DNA of 64,000 nt, taken from positions 62,001 through 126,000 of IMG/VR virus record IMGVR_UViG_3300047321_000238; one strand, written 5' to 3'. Shown one piece after another: positions 9,793-17,852 of the stretch (its first letter is position 1; each line of letters begins with the position of its first letter). The translations under genes and the position numbers were made by a program. The notes under the pieces were generated by a model. That model was not told the DNA's origin. It saw only the letters and a program-made list of their open reading frames with translations, and ran no database searches.

Positions 9793-9826
9793 GGTTTTTC
9801 TTTGCACGCAAACATATGTTTATATT
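9793..9826 (+). promoter_or_regulatory. TTTGCACGC-AAACATATGTT motif, copy 3
   Basis: Matches 7261-7293. Confidence 0.6.
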
Positions 9827-9844
9827 AAGAAGGAGTGATAAGTC

Positions 9845-10312
9845 ATGGAAGAATTGTTAGAATTATTGGGAGATAGAAGAATACCTAAGTATGAGGAGAC
9901 GACAGCATTTAATAACATACCTATTACAGATGAGTATGTAAAACATCAAATTATAAGTGAAGATAAAAAAGAAGTGAAGGCAATATTAAAAAGAATAAGG
10001 ACTAGCGGATTTCATTGCAATAGTACGAACAATTTAATAACTGTCATATTAGAGAACAAAGCTCTCTTAGATAAAATTAGTTTAGTAAAGGATGGTAGTT
10101 ATTTAAATACAAAGATACTTTTAAAACGTAATAGCAAACCATATATACTTATATATAGTGGAATTAAAACTGTATTAGGTGATAAAGTATTCGATTTGAA
10201 ATTTGATTATAGTGAAATAGAAATGTTAAATCTTATTACTGATAGAAGTGAAAGAGTATATATTAATATAAGAGATTATATAGATAGAGATAGATATAGA
10301 TGGAACTATTAA
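9845..10312 (+). CDS. hypothetical protein (MEELLELL)
   Basis: AAGGAGTG SD. Confidence 0.8.
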   Translation: MEELLELLGDRRIPKYEETTAFNNIPITDEYVKHQIISEDKKEVKAILKRIRTSGFHCNSTNNLITVILENKALLDKISLVKDGSYLNTKILLKRNSKPYILIYSGIKTVLGDKVFDLKFDYSEIEMLNLITDRSERVYINIRDYIDRDRYRWNY

Positions 10313-10629
10313 ATTATATAAACAACGTGTTAAATAAGTATAACTTTGATTATCTATATGATAATAAAGTAGCAATAAGAGTACCAACAGCAGACGATTA
10401 TTATATATTAGAGAAGATGATAAATGATTATTGTAAGAGAAAATATATATCAGTAAGATTATTACCATTCTTAAGGAATAGTAATTATATAAAAATACAT
10501 GCTACATGTATTAATATAGGACCAGAAACTATAACAAATCATTATGATATAAATATAAACTATTGTGATCAAGAATATTATATACAACAAGGATATACTA
10601 TAGTTAATATATCTGACTGTTGTATATAG
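10300..10629 (+). CDS. tag-array paralog 9 (MELLNYIN)
   Basis: KVAIRVPT, ATCI, YCDQEYYIQQGY. Confidence 0.85.
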   Translation: MELLNYINNVLNKYNFDYLYDNKVAIRVPTADDYYILEKMINDYCKRKYISVRLLPFLRNSNYIKIHATCINIGPETITNHYDININYCDQEYYIQQGYTIVNISDCCI

Positions 10630-10641
10630 GAGAGTAGTATA

Positions 10642-10854
10642 ATGGAACTATTAAAGTATATAAACAATTATAAACACAAGATGATGTGTGGCAGTACTAG
10701 TAGACAAAAAAGAGGATGTGACAATATCGATATAAAAGCATGTTGTATAACATGTAATAAGAGAGACGATTGTTACTTTGAATGTGCAGGCTCACAGACA
10801 GAAAGACATTATCGAAATATAGATGAGCCATGTGATAAAGGAGTAGTACTATGA
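10642..10854 (+). CDS. Cys-rich protein with tag (MELLKYIN)
   Basis: CCxxCx5Cx3C pattern. Confidence 0.8.
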   Translation: MELLKYINNYKHKMMCGSTSRQKRGCDNIDIKACCITCNKRDDCYFECAGSQTERHYRNIDEPCDKGVVL

Positions 10855-10982
10855 TGGAATTATTACAAGCAGTTAATAAAATGAATATGTATACTTTAAC
10901 AGATGTAGTCTATGCATTTACAAGAGGAAAGAAAATAGCAATAGAAATAAAAGATATTATAATAAAGAAGGAGTATTTATGA
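10851..10982 (+). CDS. truncated tag-array paralog, 43 aa (not in ORF track)
   Basis: MMELLQAVNKMNMYTLTDVVYAFTRGKKIAIEIKD...; AAGGAG SD; overlaps both neighbours. Confidence 0.65.
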   Translation: MMELLQAVNKMNMYTLTDVVYAFTRGKKIAIEIKDIIIKKEYL

Positions 10983-11347
10983 CCGAACTATTAAGTATGA
11001 TTAATAATTATTCTATAGGATATAGTTTAAACGATTTATATAATAAACATATAATAATTAGAATATTAAACAAAAAAGATTTATGTGATTTCATTGAAAT
11101 TTCTAATTATAATAATACAGTTAGAACCTTTAATGCAGAAAAAGTATGGAATAAATATGTAGAACCACTTAATAATTGTAATAAAATTATATGCATAGAA
11201 TTAGAAGTAAATGACGAAGAAGATAATTATGATTTTATGTTTACATTTGGAAGTATAAGTTATTATACTGATCCAATACTACATCGTGAAAATAAATATG
11301 AAATAGTAGATTATCATAAAGATATAATAAATAATTGGGAGATATAA
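10979..11347 (+). CDS. tag-array paralog 10 (MTELLSMIN)
   Basis: Family pattern. Confidence 0.85.
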   Translation: MTELLSMINNYSIGYSLNDLYNKHIIIRILNKKDLCDFIEISNYNNTVRTFNAEKVWNKYVEPLNNCNKIICIELEVNDEEDNYDFMFTFGSISYYTDPILHRENKYEIVDYHKDIINNWEI

Positions 11348-11350
11348 TTT

Positions 11351-11698
11351 ATGATTGAATTATTAAGTTTTGTTAATGATGAAACAAACATAAAAGAAAC
11401 AGTATATGTAGACGACATAGCTGGAAACAAAATAACATTAGAATTTTCTACTAAAGAAAGTTATATGATATTTTGTAAAGCTATGGACGAAACATATGAT
11501 ACTTATACTGAATATACAAAGAATGATGCATGGGAAGACTATATAGAAGATGAAGAGCAGAACAAAGATTTTAAAGGTAAGCTTGGTTTGAATCTACATG
11601 ATAATAAAAAAGGTTGGAACTATTGTGAAATTGATTGGTATAAAGATAATGGCTATAAAGTATATAAGTACGATGATATTATATTAAAGTACAATTAA
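11351..11698 (+). CDS. tag-array paralog 11 (MIELLSFVN)
   Basis: YCEIDWYKDNGY. Confidence 0.85.
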   Translation: MIELLSFVNDETNIKETVYVDDIAGNKITLEFSTKESYMIFCKAMDETYDTYTEYTKNDAWEDYIEDEEQNKDFKGKLGLNLHDNKKGWNYCEIDWYKDNGYKVYKYDDIILKYN

Positions 11699-11715
11699 AA
11701 AGGAAATGAAGAATA

Positions 11716-12042
11716 ATGAGGGAATTATTAAAACATATACAAGAGAATCAATATAAAATAGAAGATATTATAAAAGATAATGTAGCGTTGTATATTGATA
11801 ATAGAAAAGATTTAGATACTATAATAGAAGTAGCAAATAGACATAATATATTTATTGGGCCATTTATAAGAACATCATTAACGGATTCATATTGTAAAAA
11901 AGGAATCTTTATAAAGATAATACACATTAAAGAAAATGATTATTATGTGAAAGGATATAAATATAGATTAGGATGGAATTTCGATGATAATGATAAATCA
12001 CTCTTAACTGTATATAGTAGAGAGGATTATATATTAGTATAA
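11716..12042 (+). CDS. tag-array paralog 12 (MRELLKHIQ)
   Basis: YKIEDII..VALYI core. Confidence 0.8.
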   Translation: MRELLKHIQENQYKIEDIIKDNVALYIDNRKDLDTIIEVANRHNIFIGPFIRTSLTDSYCKKGIFIKIIHIKENDYYVKGYKYRLGWNFDDNDKSLLTVYSREDYILV

Positions 12043-12054
12043 GGAGAGATTAAT

Positions 12055-12366
12055 ATGGCCGAGCTATTAAAATATGTAAATGAAAATATTAAAGACAAAT
12101 ATACCGTAAAGATGATTATAGACAAAAGATTAGTAGTTAATGTAAAAACTAAAGAAGCGTTTAATGATATGCAGGATAAAATATGGGATTATAATCATAA
12201 AGTATGCTTTATAGATAATGATGTTTATTCCATACACAAATCACAAACATGCATTAAAGTAGAAAGAATAAATACATCGGAATATGATTTAAATATAGAA
12301 TTTTGTGACAAACAATGGTATATAGATGAAGGCTATCAAATAATTGATATAGGAAAAGTAATATAA
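12055..12366 (+). CDS. tag-array paralog 13 (MAELLKYVN)
   Basis: QTCI, FCDKQWYIDEGY. Confidence 0.85.
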   Translation: MAELLKYVNENIKDKYTVKMIIDKRLVVNVKTKEAFNDMQDKIWDYNHKVCFIDNDVYSIHKSQTCIKVERINTSEYDLNIEFCDKQWYIDEGYQIIDIGKVI

Positions 12367-12545
12367 TGGAGCTATTAAAATACATTAATACTCACATATA
12401 TAAAAGAAAATGTAAGTATGGATGTAGATATAAAGAAGATGAAGATGAACATATATGTTGTCATGATTGTGATCGTATAGATATATGTGACGCAGTCTGT
12501 TTCTCTTTAGATGAAAAGGAATGTGACTTCACTATTAAGGAATAA
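12366..12545 (+). CDS. Cys-rich protein with tag, 59 aa (not in ORF track)
   Basis: MELLKYINTHIYKRKCKYGC...CCHDCDRIDICDAVC...; TAATG overlap. Confidence 0.75.
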   Translation: MELLKYINTHIYKRKCKYGCRYKEDEDEHICCHDCDRIDICDAVCFSLDEKECDFTIKE

Positions 12546-12559
12546 GAAGGAGATGTATT

Positions 12560-13084
12560 ATGAGCGTTAAAGATGATTTACTACAAGAATTAAATAAAGT
12601 TTTAGCATTACAAGAAGAAATGGCTAAAAGAGTAGAAATAGTAAAAACTAAAATATTAGAGGAAGAAAATAAGAAAGTATTTTGGACACCAACTCATGGG
12701 CAACAATATTACTATATAAATAACGAAGTGATCGTTCTAGGCTGTCCTTATGACAATAACTGGCGTAGTGATAAAGTAAGAATAAAAAATCTTAACTATT
12801 ACGAAACAGAAAAAAAATGTGAAAGAGCCATATTTGAACAAATTTTAAACAGAAAATTGAATAAATTTGCTCATGAAAACAATGAAGAAGAAATTGATTG
12901 GAGTAATCCAGTGCAAGCTAAATATATGATAATATATGACAATGATTCAAAAAAGCTTGAAGCTAGTATCTATAGTCATATTCAATCTTTTGGACAAGTA
13001 TATTTCACATCAAAAGAAATAGCAGAACGAGCAATTAAAAATTTTAAAGATGATTTAATAAGATCTTTTACTACTAAGGAGTAA
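12560..13084 (+). CDS. hypothetical phage protein
   Basis: AAGGAG SD; IDW.N..Q.KY and VYFTSKEIAERAI motifs typical of Firmicute phage proteins. Confidence 0.8.
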   Translation: MSVKDDLLQELNKVLALQEEMAKRVEIVKTKILEEENKKVFWTPTHGQQYYYINNEVIVLGCPYDNNWRSDKVRIKNLNYYETEKKCERAIFEQILNRKLNKFAHENNEEEIDWSNPVQAKYMIIYDNDSKKLEASIYSHIQSFGQVYFTSKEIAERAIKNFKDDLIRSFTTKE

Positions 13085-13090
13085 TAATCT

Positions 13091-13717
13091 ATGGAAATAT
13101 TAAAACATATAAATGAATTAAAAACTAAAGGAATAGCATATATATGTTACGATACTGGAGGTAGTGGAGAAGATGGTAGAAGATTATACGCACGCAATAT
13201 ATATGATTATTATAAAGAATTATACTTCGATGTAGTAGTATTAAGCTATAGTACTCACGCAAAATATAATAATATAGATAATATTCTACCACAAGGAACT
13301 GGTGGCACTTATATGTCATCGCCATTAACTTTATTAATGCAAGATGCAGAGAGAGTTAAAAACGATAAAGAACTATGTCATTATGCTTACAACTTCAATC
13401 CTAATAATATAATTGTATTAGTAGGGGATGGAGATAACTGGAGTGAAGATAATGATAGATTCTGTAGATGTATAGAAGAGATAACAAAAACTAATAGTGT
13501 TGTATATCATGAAATATTAGGAGGTTCACATCATGATAATACAATGTACAAGCGGTTAAAAGCTAAAAGATATTCAAAGGTTCATCTCTATAAAGTAGAG
13601 AAAGAACAAGATATATTTGGCAATAAGAAAAAACAAATAAAAGGTGCCGATTATTATACTGCTATAACTGAAGATTTAGTAGATAGTATATTTGATTGGG
13701 ATGTATCATATGAATAA
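13091..13717 (+). CDS. vWA-like protein resembling the YhbH/YeaH (DUF444) C-terminus, with tag (MEILKHIN)
   Basis: DTGGS, GGTYMSS, DGDNWSEDNDR, YHEI. Confidence 0.75.
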   Translation: MEILKHINELKTKGIAYICYDTGGSGEDGRRLYARNIYDYYKELYFDVVVLSYSTHAKYNNIDNILPQGTGGTYMSSPLTLLMQDAERVKNDKELCHYAYNFNPNNIIVLVGDGDNWSEDNDRFCRCIEEITKTNSVVYHEILGGSHHDNTMYKRLKAKRYSKVHLYKVEKEQDIFGNKKKQIKGADYYTAITEDLVDSIFDWDVSYE

Positions 13718-14054
13718 TAAAGAATAAATAATATAAAGGAGATGATTGCCATGAGTATATTACCGATGATATTAGTATTAGTAATTGGTTATATTTTAGG
13801 CAAAAATAACGCACACTTAAAATAAGAAAGGAGTATAAAGATTAAATGTCATGAAACTCAATTTGAAAACAGACTTAATAAAAGCATTTATATTAATAGG
13901 GATTTTTACCGCTATATATTTAGTATGGTGGTTTTTTGAATTGTTTATTAATTATAAAATAATGGAGATGGTAGTAAATGGAGGTTTAACTTATTGTATA
14001 TACTACATATTAAGAAGTAATAAGTAGGAATAAGCAAGAAAGGAGTAAATTATT

Positions 14055-14246
14055 ATGGCTGATGCAACTTTAATAAATACACCACCAACAGGAACACCAC
14101 CGCCAGGACCAACAGGTATGCCACCAAATCCTGCACAAGGACTAGGAATGGGATCATGTTTAAATTCTCATATGAATGGTTATTTTATAAATTCATTTGG
14201 CAGTGGACATAAAACTACTGCAAAGAAAAAGAAGAAGAAAAAATAA
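14055..14246 (+). CDS. Pro-rich small protein with poly-Lys tail
   Basis: AAGGAG SD; TPPTGTPPPGP...KKKKKK. Confidence 0.65.
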   Translation: MADATLINTPPTGTPPPGPTGMPPNPAQGLGMGSCLNSHMNGYFINSFGSGHKTTAKKKKKKK

Positions 14247-14258
14247 GGAGGATTTTAT

Positions 14259-14405
14259 ATGGATTCAAATATGTACAATTACTTATATGGAATTGGAGAT
14301 AGAACCTCCTTATCTAGTCAAAATAAGAAAAGTACTAAAAAATCTACTAAGAAAACGGCAGTTAAAAAAACAACAGCTAAGAAGACTGCAACTAAAAAGA
14401 AATAA
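14259..14405 (+). CDS. Lys-rich histone-H1-like small protein, 48 aa (not in ORF track)
   Basis: AAGGAGG SD; KKSTKKSTKKTAVKKTTAKKTATKKK. Confidence 0.7.
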   Translation: MDSNMYNYLYGIGDRTSLSSQNKKSTKKSTKKTAVKKTTAKKTATKKK

Positions 14406-14414
14406 CATATCGTG

Positions 14415-14452
14415 AAAGAATGTATTTGTTTAATATAGATACATTCTTTTTT
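14415..14452 (+). terminator. Rho-independent terminator
   Basis: AAAGAATGTAT/ATACATTCTTT followed by T run. Confidence 0.75.
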
Positions 14453-14591
14453 GTTATATACAAATAATAAGGAGAAATGAATATGTATATAAGCACAGGA
14501 GCAAGTATTGCAATAATTATTTTTTTATCTACATCACTTATTTGTAATGTAGTGTCATTAATTATTCAAATAAACCAACATAATAAAGGAA

Positions 14592-14867
14592 ATGAAAATT
14601 ATGATAAGAAAGAATGAGAAGAAAAAAGCTTTAAAAGTTAATTTAATCTGTATAACATATTGTATTGTAATGGGAATACCTATAGGTATTTTACTTGAAC
14701 ATGTTAACAATGAAAATATAGCAACTGCAATATTTATGTTTTTTAGTATTAGTGTAGTATTATTATCTATTTATTTAGACAATAAAGGCAAAACTACTAT
14801 CTATAAAAGTATTCCTTATAATGAAGAGTATGAAAAATTTATGAAACAAATAGAAATGATACATTAA
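14592..14867 (+). CDS. membrane protein
   Basis: Two hydrophobic segments. Confidence 0.7.
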   Translation: MKIMIRKNEKKKALKVNLICITYCIVMGIPIGILLEHVNNENIATAIFMFFSISVVLLSIYLDNKGKTTIYKSIPYNEEYEKFMKQIEMIH

Positions 14868-14868
14868 T

Positions 14869-15132
14869 ATGGAGATATTAAATCATATCAATAATGCTAT
14901 GAGTATAAACTTTCATGAAGATTCATTGCTTATAGCTAATATATTAGTAAACTACACGCTTGAATATCAAGATTATAGTGAGAATAAAAAAGCTGCAGAC
15001 TATATGGTAAAGGGAGTAAGTTATGTTATGGGAGATAGTCATTGGTCAATCAAAAATGTATATAACTTAGCAGAAACCGTTAAAGGATTGTATGTAGCAG
15101 GAGTTCCACTACATCAATATAGGAAGGGATAA
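14869..15132 (+). CDS. hypothetical protein with tag (MEILNHIN)
   Basis: Tag on an unrelated body. Confidence 0.75.
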   Translation: MEILNHINNAMSINFHEDSLLIANILVNYTLEYQDYSENKKAADYMVKGVSYVMGDSHWSIKNVYNLAETVKGLYVAGVPLHQYRKG

Positions 15133-15136
15133 TTGT

Positions 15137-15634
15137 ATGGAATATCATGTATTTGGAAAAGTAGTTCAAAGAAATTATGTATTAGAAGTAGATAACTTCT
15201 TTTTGTGTGACACAGTTAAATTACCAATAACAGTAGAGCAATATTTAAAAAAGAATTTAGCATGGGAGAAATATAATGAATCAAATGCATATATAGGCGG
15301 CAGCCATCCTAATAACAAATTCTTAAATGATTGCATATTAATACACAAAGATACTATTATTGAGCATAAAGAATTATTTGTAATAGATGTATGCAGAACG
15401 TTTATGGATGGAGATATATACGTATATAAGAATAAAGAATACAAAGCAAAATATAAATACAATGGCGATTTGAATCGACATGAATTATATATAGACTATA
15501 TATTAAAGTTACGTGAGAATGACTTGCAAAAAGCATCTAGCGAAATAATATTAAACTATATTAAGGAATACAATAAATCAATTAAGAATAAAAAAGAAAC
15601 TAAAAAAAAGAAACCCTGGTATAAAATATTTTGA
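15137..15634 (+). CDS. hypothetical protein
   Basis: ORF in operon. Confidence 0.75.
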   Translation: MEYHVFGKVVQRNYVLEVDNFFLCDTVKLPITVEQYLKKNLAWEKYNESNAYIGGSHPNNKFLNDCILIHKDTIIEHKELFVIDVCRTFMDGDIYVYKNKEYKAKYKYNGDLNRHELYIDYILKLRENDLQKASSEIILNYIKEYNKSIKNKKETKKKKPWYKIF

Positions 15635-15795
15635 AAATAACGAACAAGGAAAGGAGATGACAATATGTTAGCAATAATTGGAGCATTTTTATTAAAAGCA
15701 ATAGGTGTATTTAATATGGTATGTTCAACAGTTTCAAACTTAAGAATGATAGCATGCATAGGATACTAATATAAATAAAAAGAGAGGCAATATAT

Positions 15796-16002
15796 ATGAA
15801 AGTAACAACAGGATTAAAACCAATTATAAAAGCATTAAAACCAGTAACAAAAAATGTTACAAAAAAGGTGACAACAACTGTAACACAAATAGCTGGAACA
15901 GTTAATAAGAAATCAATAGATAGAGTAAAAGCACAAGTATCTTTAGTAGTAGCTCAAAAAGCAGTCGAAATTGCGAAAGTTGCATTAAAAGGATTTCTAT
16001 AA
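15796..16002 (+). CDS. small basic hypothetical protein
   Basis: GAGAGG SD; K/T/V-rich. Confidence 0.7.
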   Translation: MKVTTGLKPIIKALKPVTKNVTKKVTTTVTQIAGTVNKKSIDRVKAQVSLVVAQKAVEIAKVALKGFL

Positions 16003-16025
16003 AATAATCTAAGGGGTGATTAAAT

Positions 16026-16370
16026 ATGTTAAAAAGATATTATCAAAATAAAGAAAAAAGTTTCAGAATACAAAGTGAAGAAATACATGCATTTTTAGAA
16101 GATTATCGATATATATGTAAAGGAATAAGAGAAGGCAAAAAGATTTCAAAAGCAATGGAGGAACGTATGGATAGTACATTTAAAACCATAGCTTGTAAAA
16201 TAAGAAATGATGCAAAGATTAAAAACGTTATGTCGTTAATACCTATGTACAATGATATGGTATTAGTAGAAGTTTATGATTATGAATTACCAGATCCAAA
16301 TTGGAATGCATTTTGCGAACCAAAATTAGATGAAGATAAAGAGTTATGGTATTTTGAAATAGAAGAGTAA
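16026..16370 (+). CDS. hypothetical protein
   Basis: GGGGTG SD. Confidence 0.75.
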   Translation: MLKRYYQNKEKSFRIQSEEIHAFLEDYRYICKGIREGKKISKAMEERMDSTFKTIACKIRNDAKIKNVMSLIPMYNDMVLVEVYDYELPDPNWNAFCEPKLDEDKELWYFEIEE

Positions 16371-16392
16371 AAATAATCTTAGGGGGATTATT

Positions 16393-16632
16393 ATGGAATA
16401 CAGACGCAAAAGAGACGAAGAAACAAAGAAAATGCTTAAGAGTATAATACGTGAGATGGCTACAGTTGGAATTGTATTTATCTTATTGGGACTAATAGGT
16501 TTTGTAGTGTTTCATTACACTGGTAAATATCTAATACATCCTGCAGTATATTTTGTAGCAGTAGCTGGAGGTACTTTTACATCATTAACAGCTGGTATTA
16601 TGTATTTAAATTTAGTAGTAAGGAAAAGGTAA
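16393..16632 (+). CDS. membrane protein
   Basis: Two TM segments. Confidence 0.7.
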   Translation: MEYRRKRDEETKKMLKSIIREMATVGIVFILLGLIGFVVFHYTGKYLIHPAVYFVAVAGGTFTSLTAGIMYLNLVVRKR

Positions 16633-16637
16633 ATAAT

Positions 16638-16832
16638 ATGAAGAAGATACAAGCTTTTAATCAAATGATAAATGGCAATAGAATTAGACACGAATATTTC
16701 GGATCATCAGAGTATTTGTATATGGAGTATGGTATAATATATTCCGAAGAAGGATACAACTTCGAAGACGCATGGGATAATAGAAATGGCCCAGAATGGG
16801 AAGAAGGTTGGAGCTTATATGGAGCTGCTTAG
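16638..16832 (+). CDS. hypothetical protein
   Basis: ORF in operon. Confidence 0.7.
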   Translation: MKKIQAFNQMINGNRIRHEYFGSSEYLYMEYGIIYSEEGYNFEDAWDNRNGPEWEEGWSLYGAA

Positions 16833-17061
16833 TTTTATTAATAAATTAAGTGAAAGATATACTGAATATAGTATGGTATGTTCAAGAATAGATAATCTTG
16901 CTGACAATAAATACTATCCATTATTATTAGTTAGTGATAAAGATAATATAAAAGAAGCAATTAAAAAATGGTTTAATATTTATTGTTATGTAGATGAAAC
17001 TCAAATACTACAAGCTATAGATATTTATCTTGAAGTAAGAAAAGAAATAACAGGAGATTAA
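16819..17061 (+). CDS. hypothetical protein with tag (MELLSFIN)
   Basis: Start re-assigned to ATG 16819 after GGAG. Confidence 0.75.
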   Translation: MELLSFINKLSERYTEYSMVCSRIDNLADNKYYPLLLVSDKDNIKEAIKKWFNIYCYVDETQILQAIDIYLEVRKEITGD

Positions 17062-17083
17062 TTTTATCGGGGGATAGATATAT

Positions 17084-17518
17084 ATGAGTAAACATGAGAA
17101 AGAAATAGCAAATAAAATTGCATTATATGTTAGTTCAACATATGAAATAATAGACAAGGAAATAATGAAAATGGGCAAAGGACTTTTTAATCGAAAATGC
17201 CACTTGAATTCAGTTCAATGTCTTAAAGATGAATATAACAATGCAACAGAGGTTTATGCTTGTATAACATTAGATGCAGGTTGTATCTCTAATCCTGTAC
17301 TTCACTTCATAAATAAAACAAGTGAAGGATTCTATGTAGATAATACATTAGGATGGGAATATGCTTTATATGATTATTACATTATAAAGAAATTAAATGA
17401 AGATGAATGTAATCATGTGTGGGATTCATTACAAAACATAAGAGACTCGTTAGTTAACTTACAATGTGGTAAGTTATATCAAAAGATATTTTGTATCCAA
17501 AGTTATAATGTATTATAA
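17084..17518 (+). CDS. hypothetical protein
   Basis: GGGGGA SD. Confidence 0.75.
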   Translation: MSKHEKEIANKIALYVSSTYEIIDKEIMKMGKGLFNRKCHLNSVQCLKDEYNNATEVYACITLDAGCISNPVLHFINKTSEGFYVDNTLGWEYALYDYYIIKKLNEDECNHVWDSLQNIRDSLVNLQCGKLYQKIFCIQSYNVL

Positions 17519-17551
17519 ATATGTACAAGCCTAAACAATGGGAGGAAAGAT

Positions 17552-17827
17552 ATGAAGACAGTATTAAAAATCGTTGCTGTATGTACTTTAGGTATGTTTG
17601 ATAGTTTTTTAGCACGAACTTATGAAGCTATACAAACCTTAATTAACAGTCGTTCAGCTGTACAAGCTTTAAAGAACTCCAATGAAGGATATGTAGTAAG
17701 TCAAGTATTTCAATTTGATGGAACTGTATTCTATGGAGTAATGATATTAATAAATGTATTAATCCTTTATTTGATGTTTAGAACATCATTTAAAGTTAAT
17801 AAAGATAAAAATGAAGAAACAAAATAA
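17552..17827 (+). CDS. membrane protein upstream of SPFH gene
   Basis: GGGAGG SD; hydrophobic termini. Confidence 0.75.
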   Translation: MKTVLKIVAVCTLGMFDSFLARTYEAIQTLINSRSAVQALKNSNEGYVVSQVFQFDGTVFYGVMILINVLILYLMFRTSFKVNKDKNEETK

Positions 17828-17852
17828 TAAATATGATGGGGGAAAAATAATT

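Noticed and set aside
14197-14415. 72-aa ORF in the track
   Set aside because: No SD; the overlapping frame 14259-14405 has AAGGAGG and a coherent Lys-repeat product
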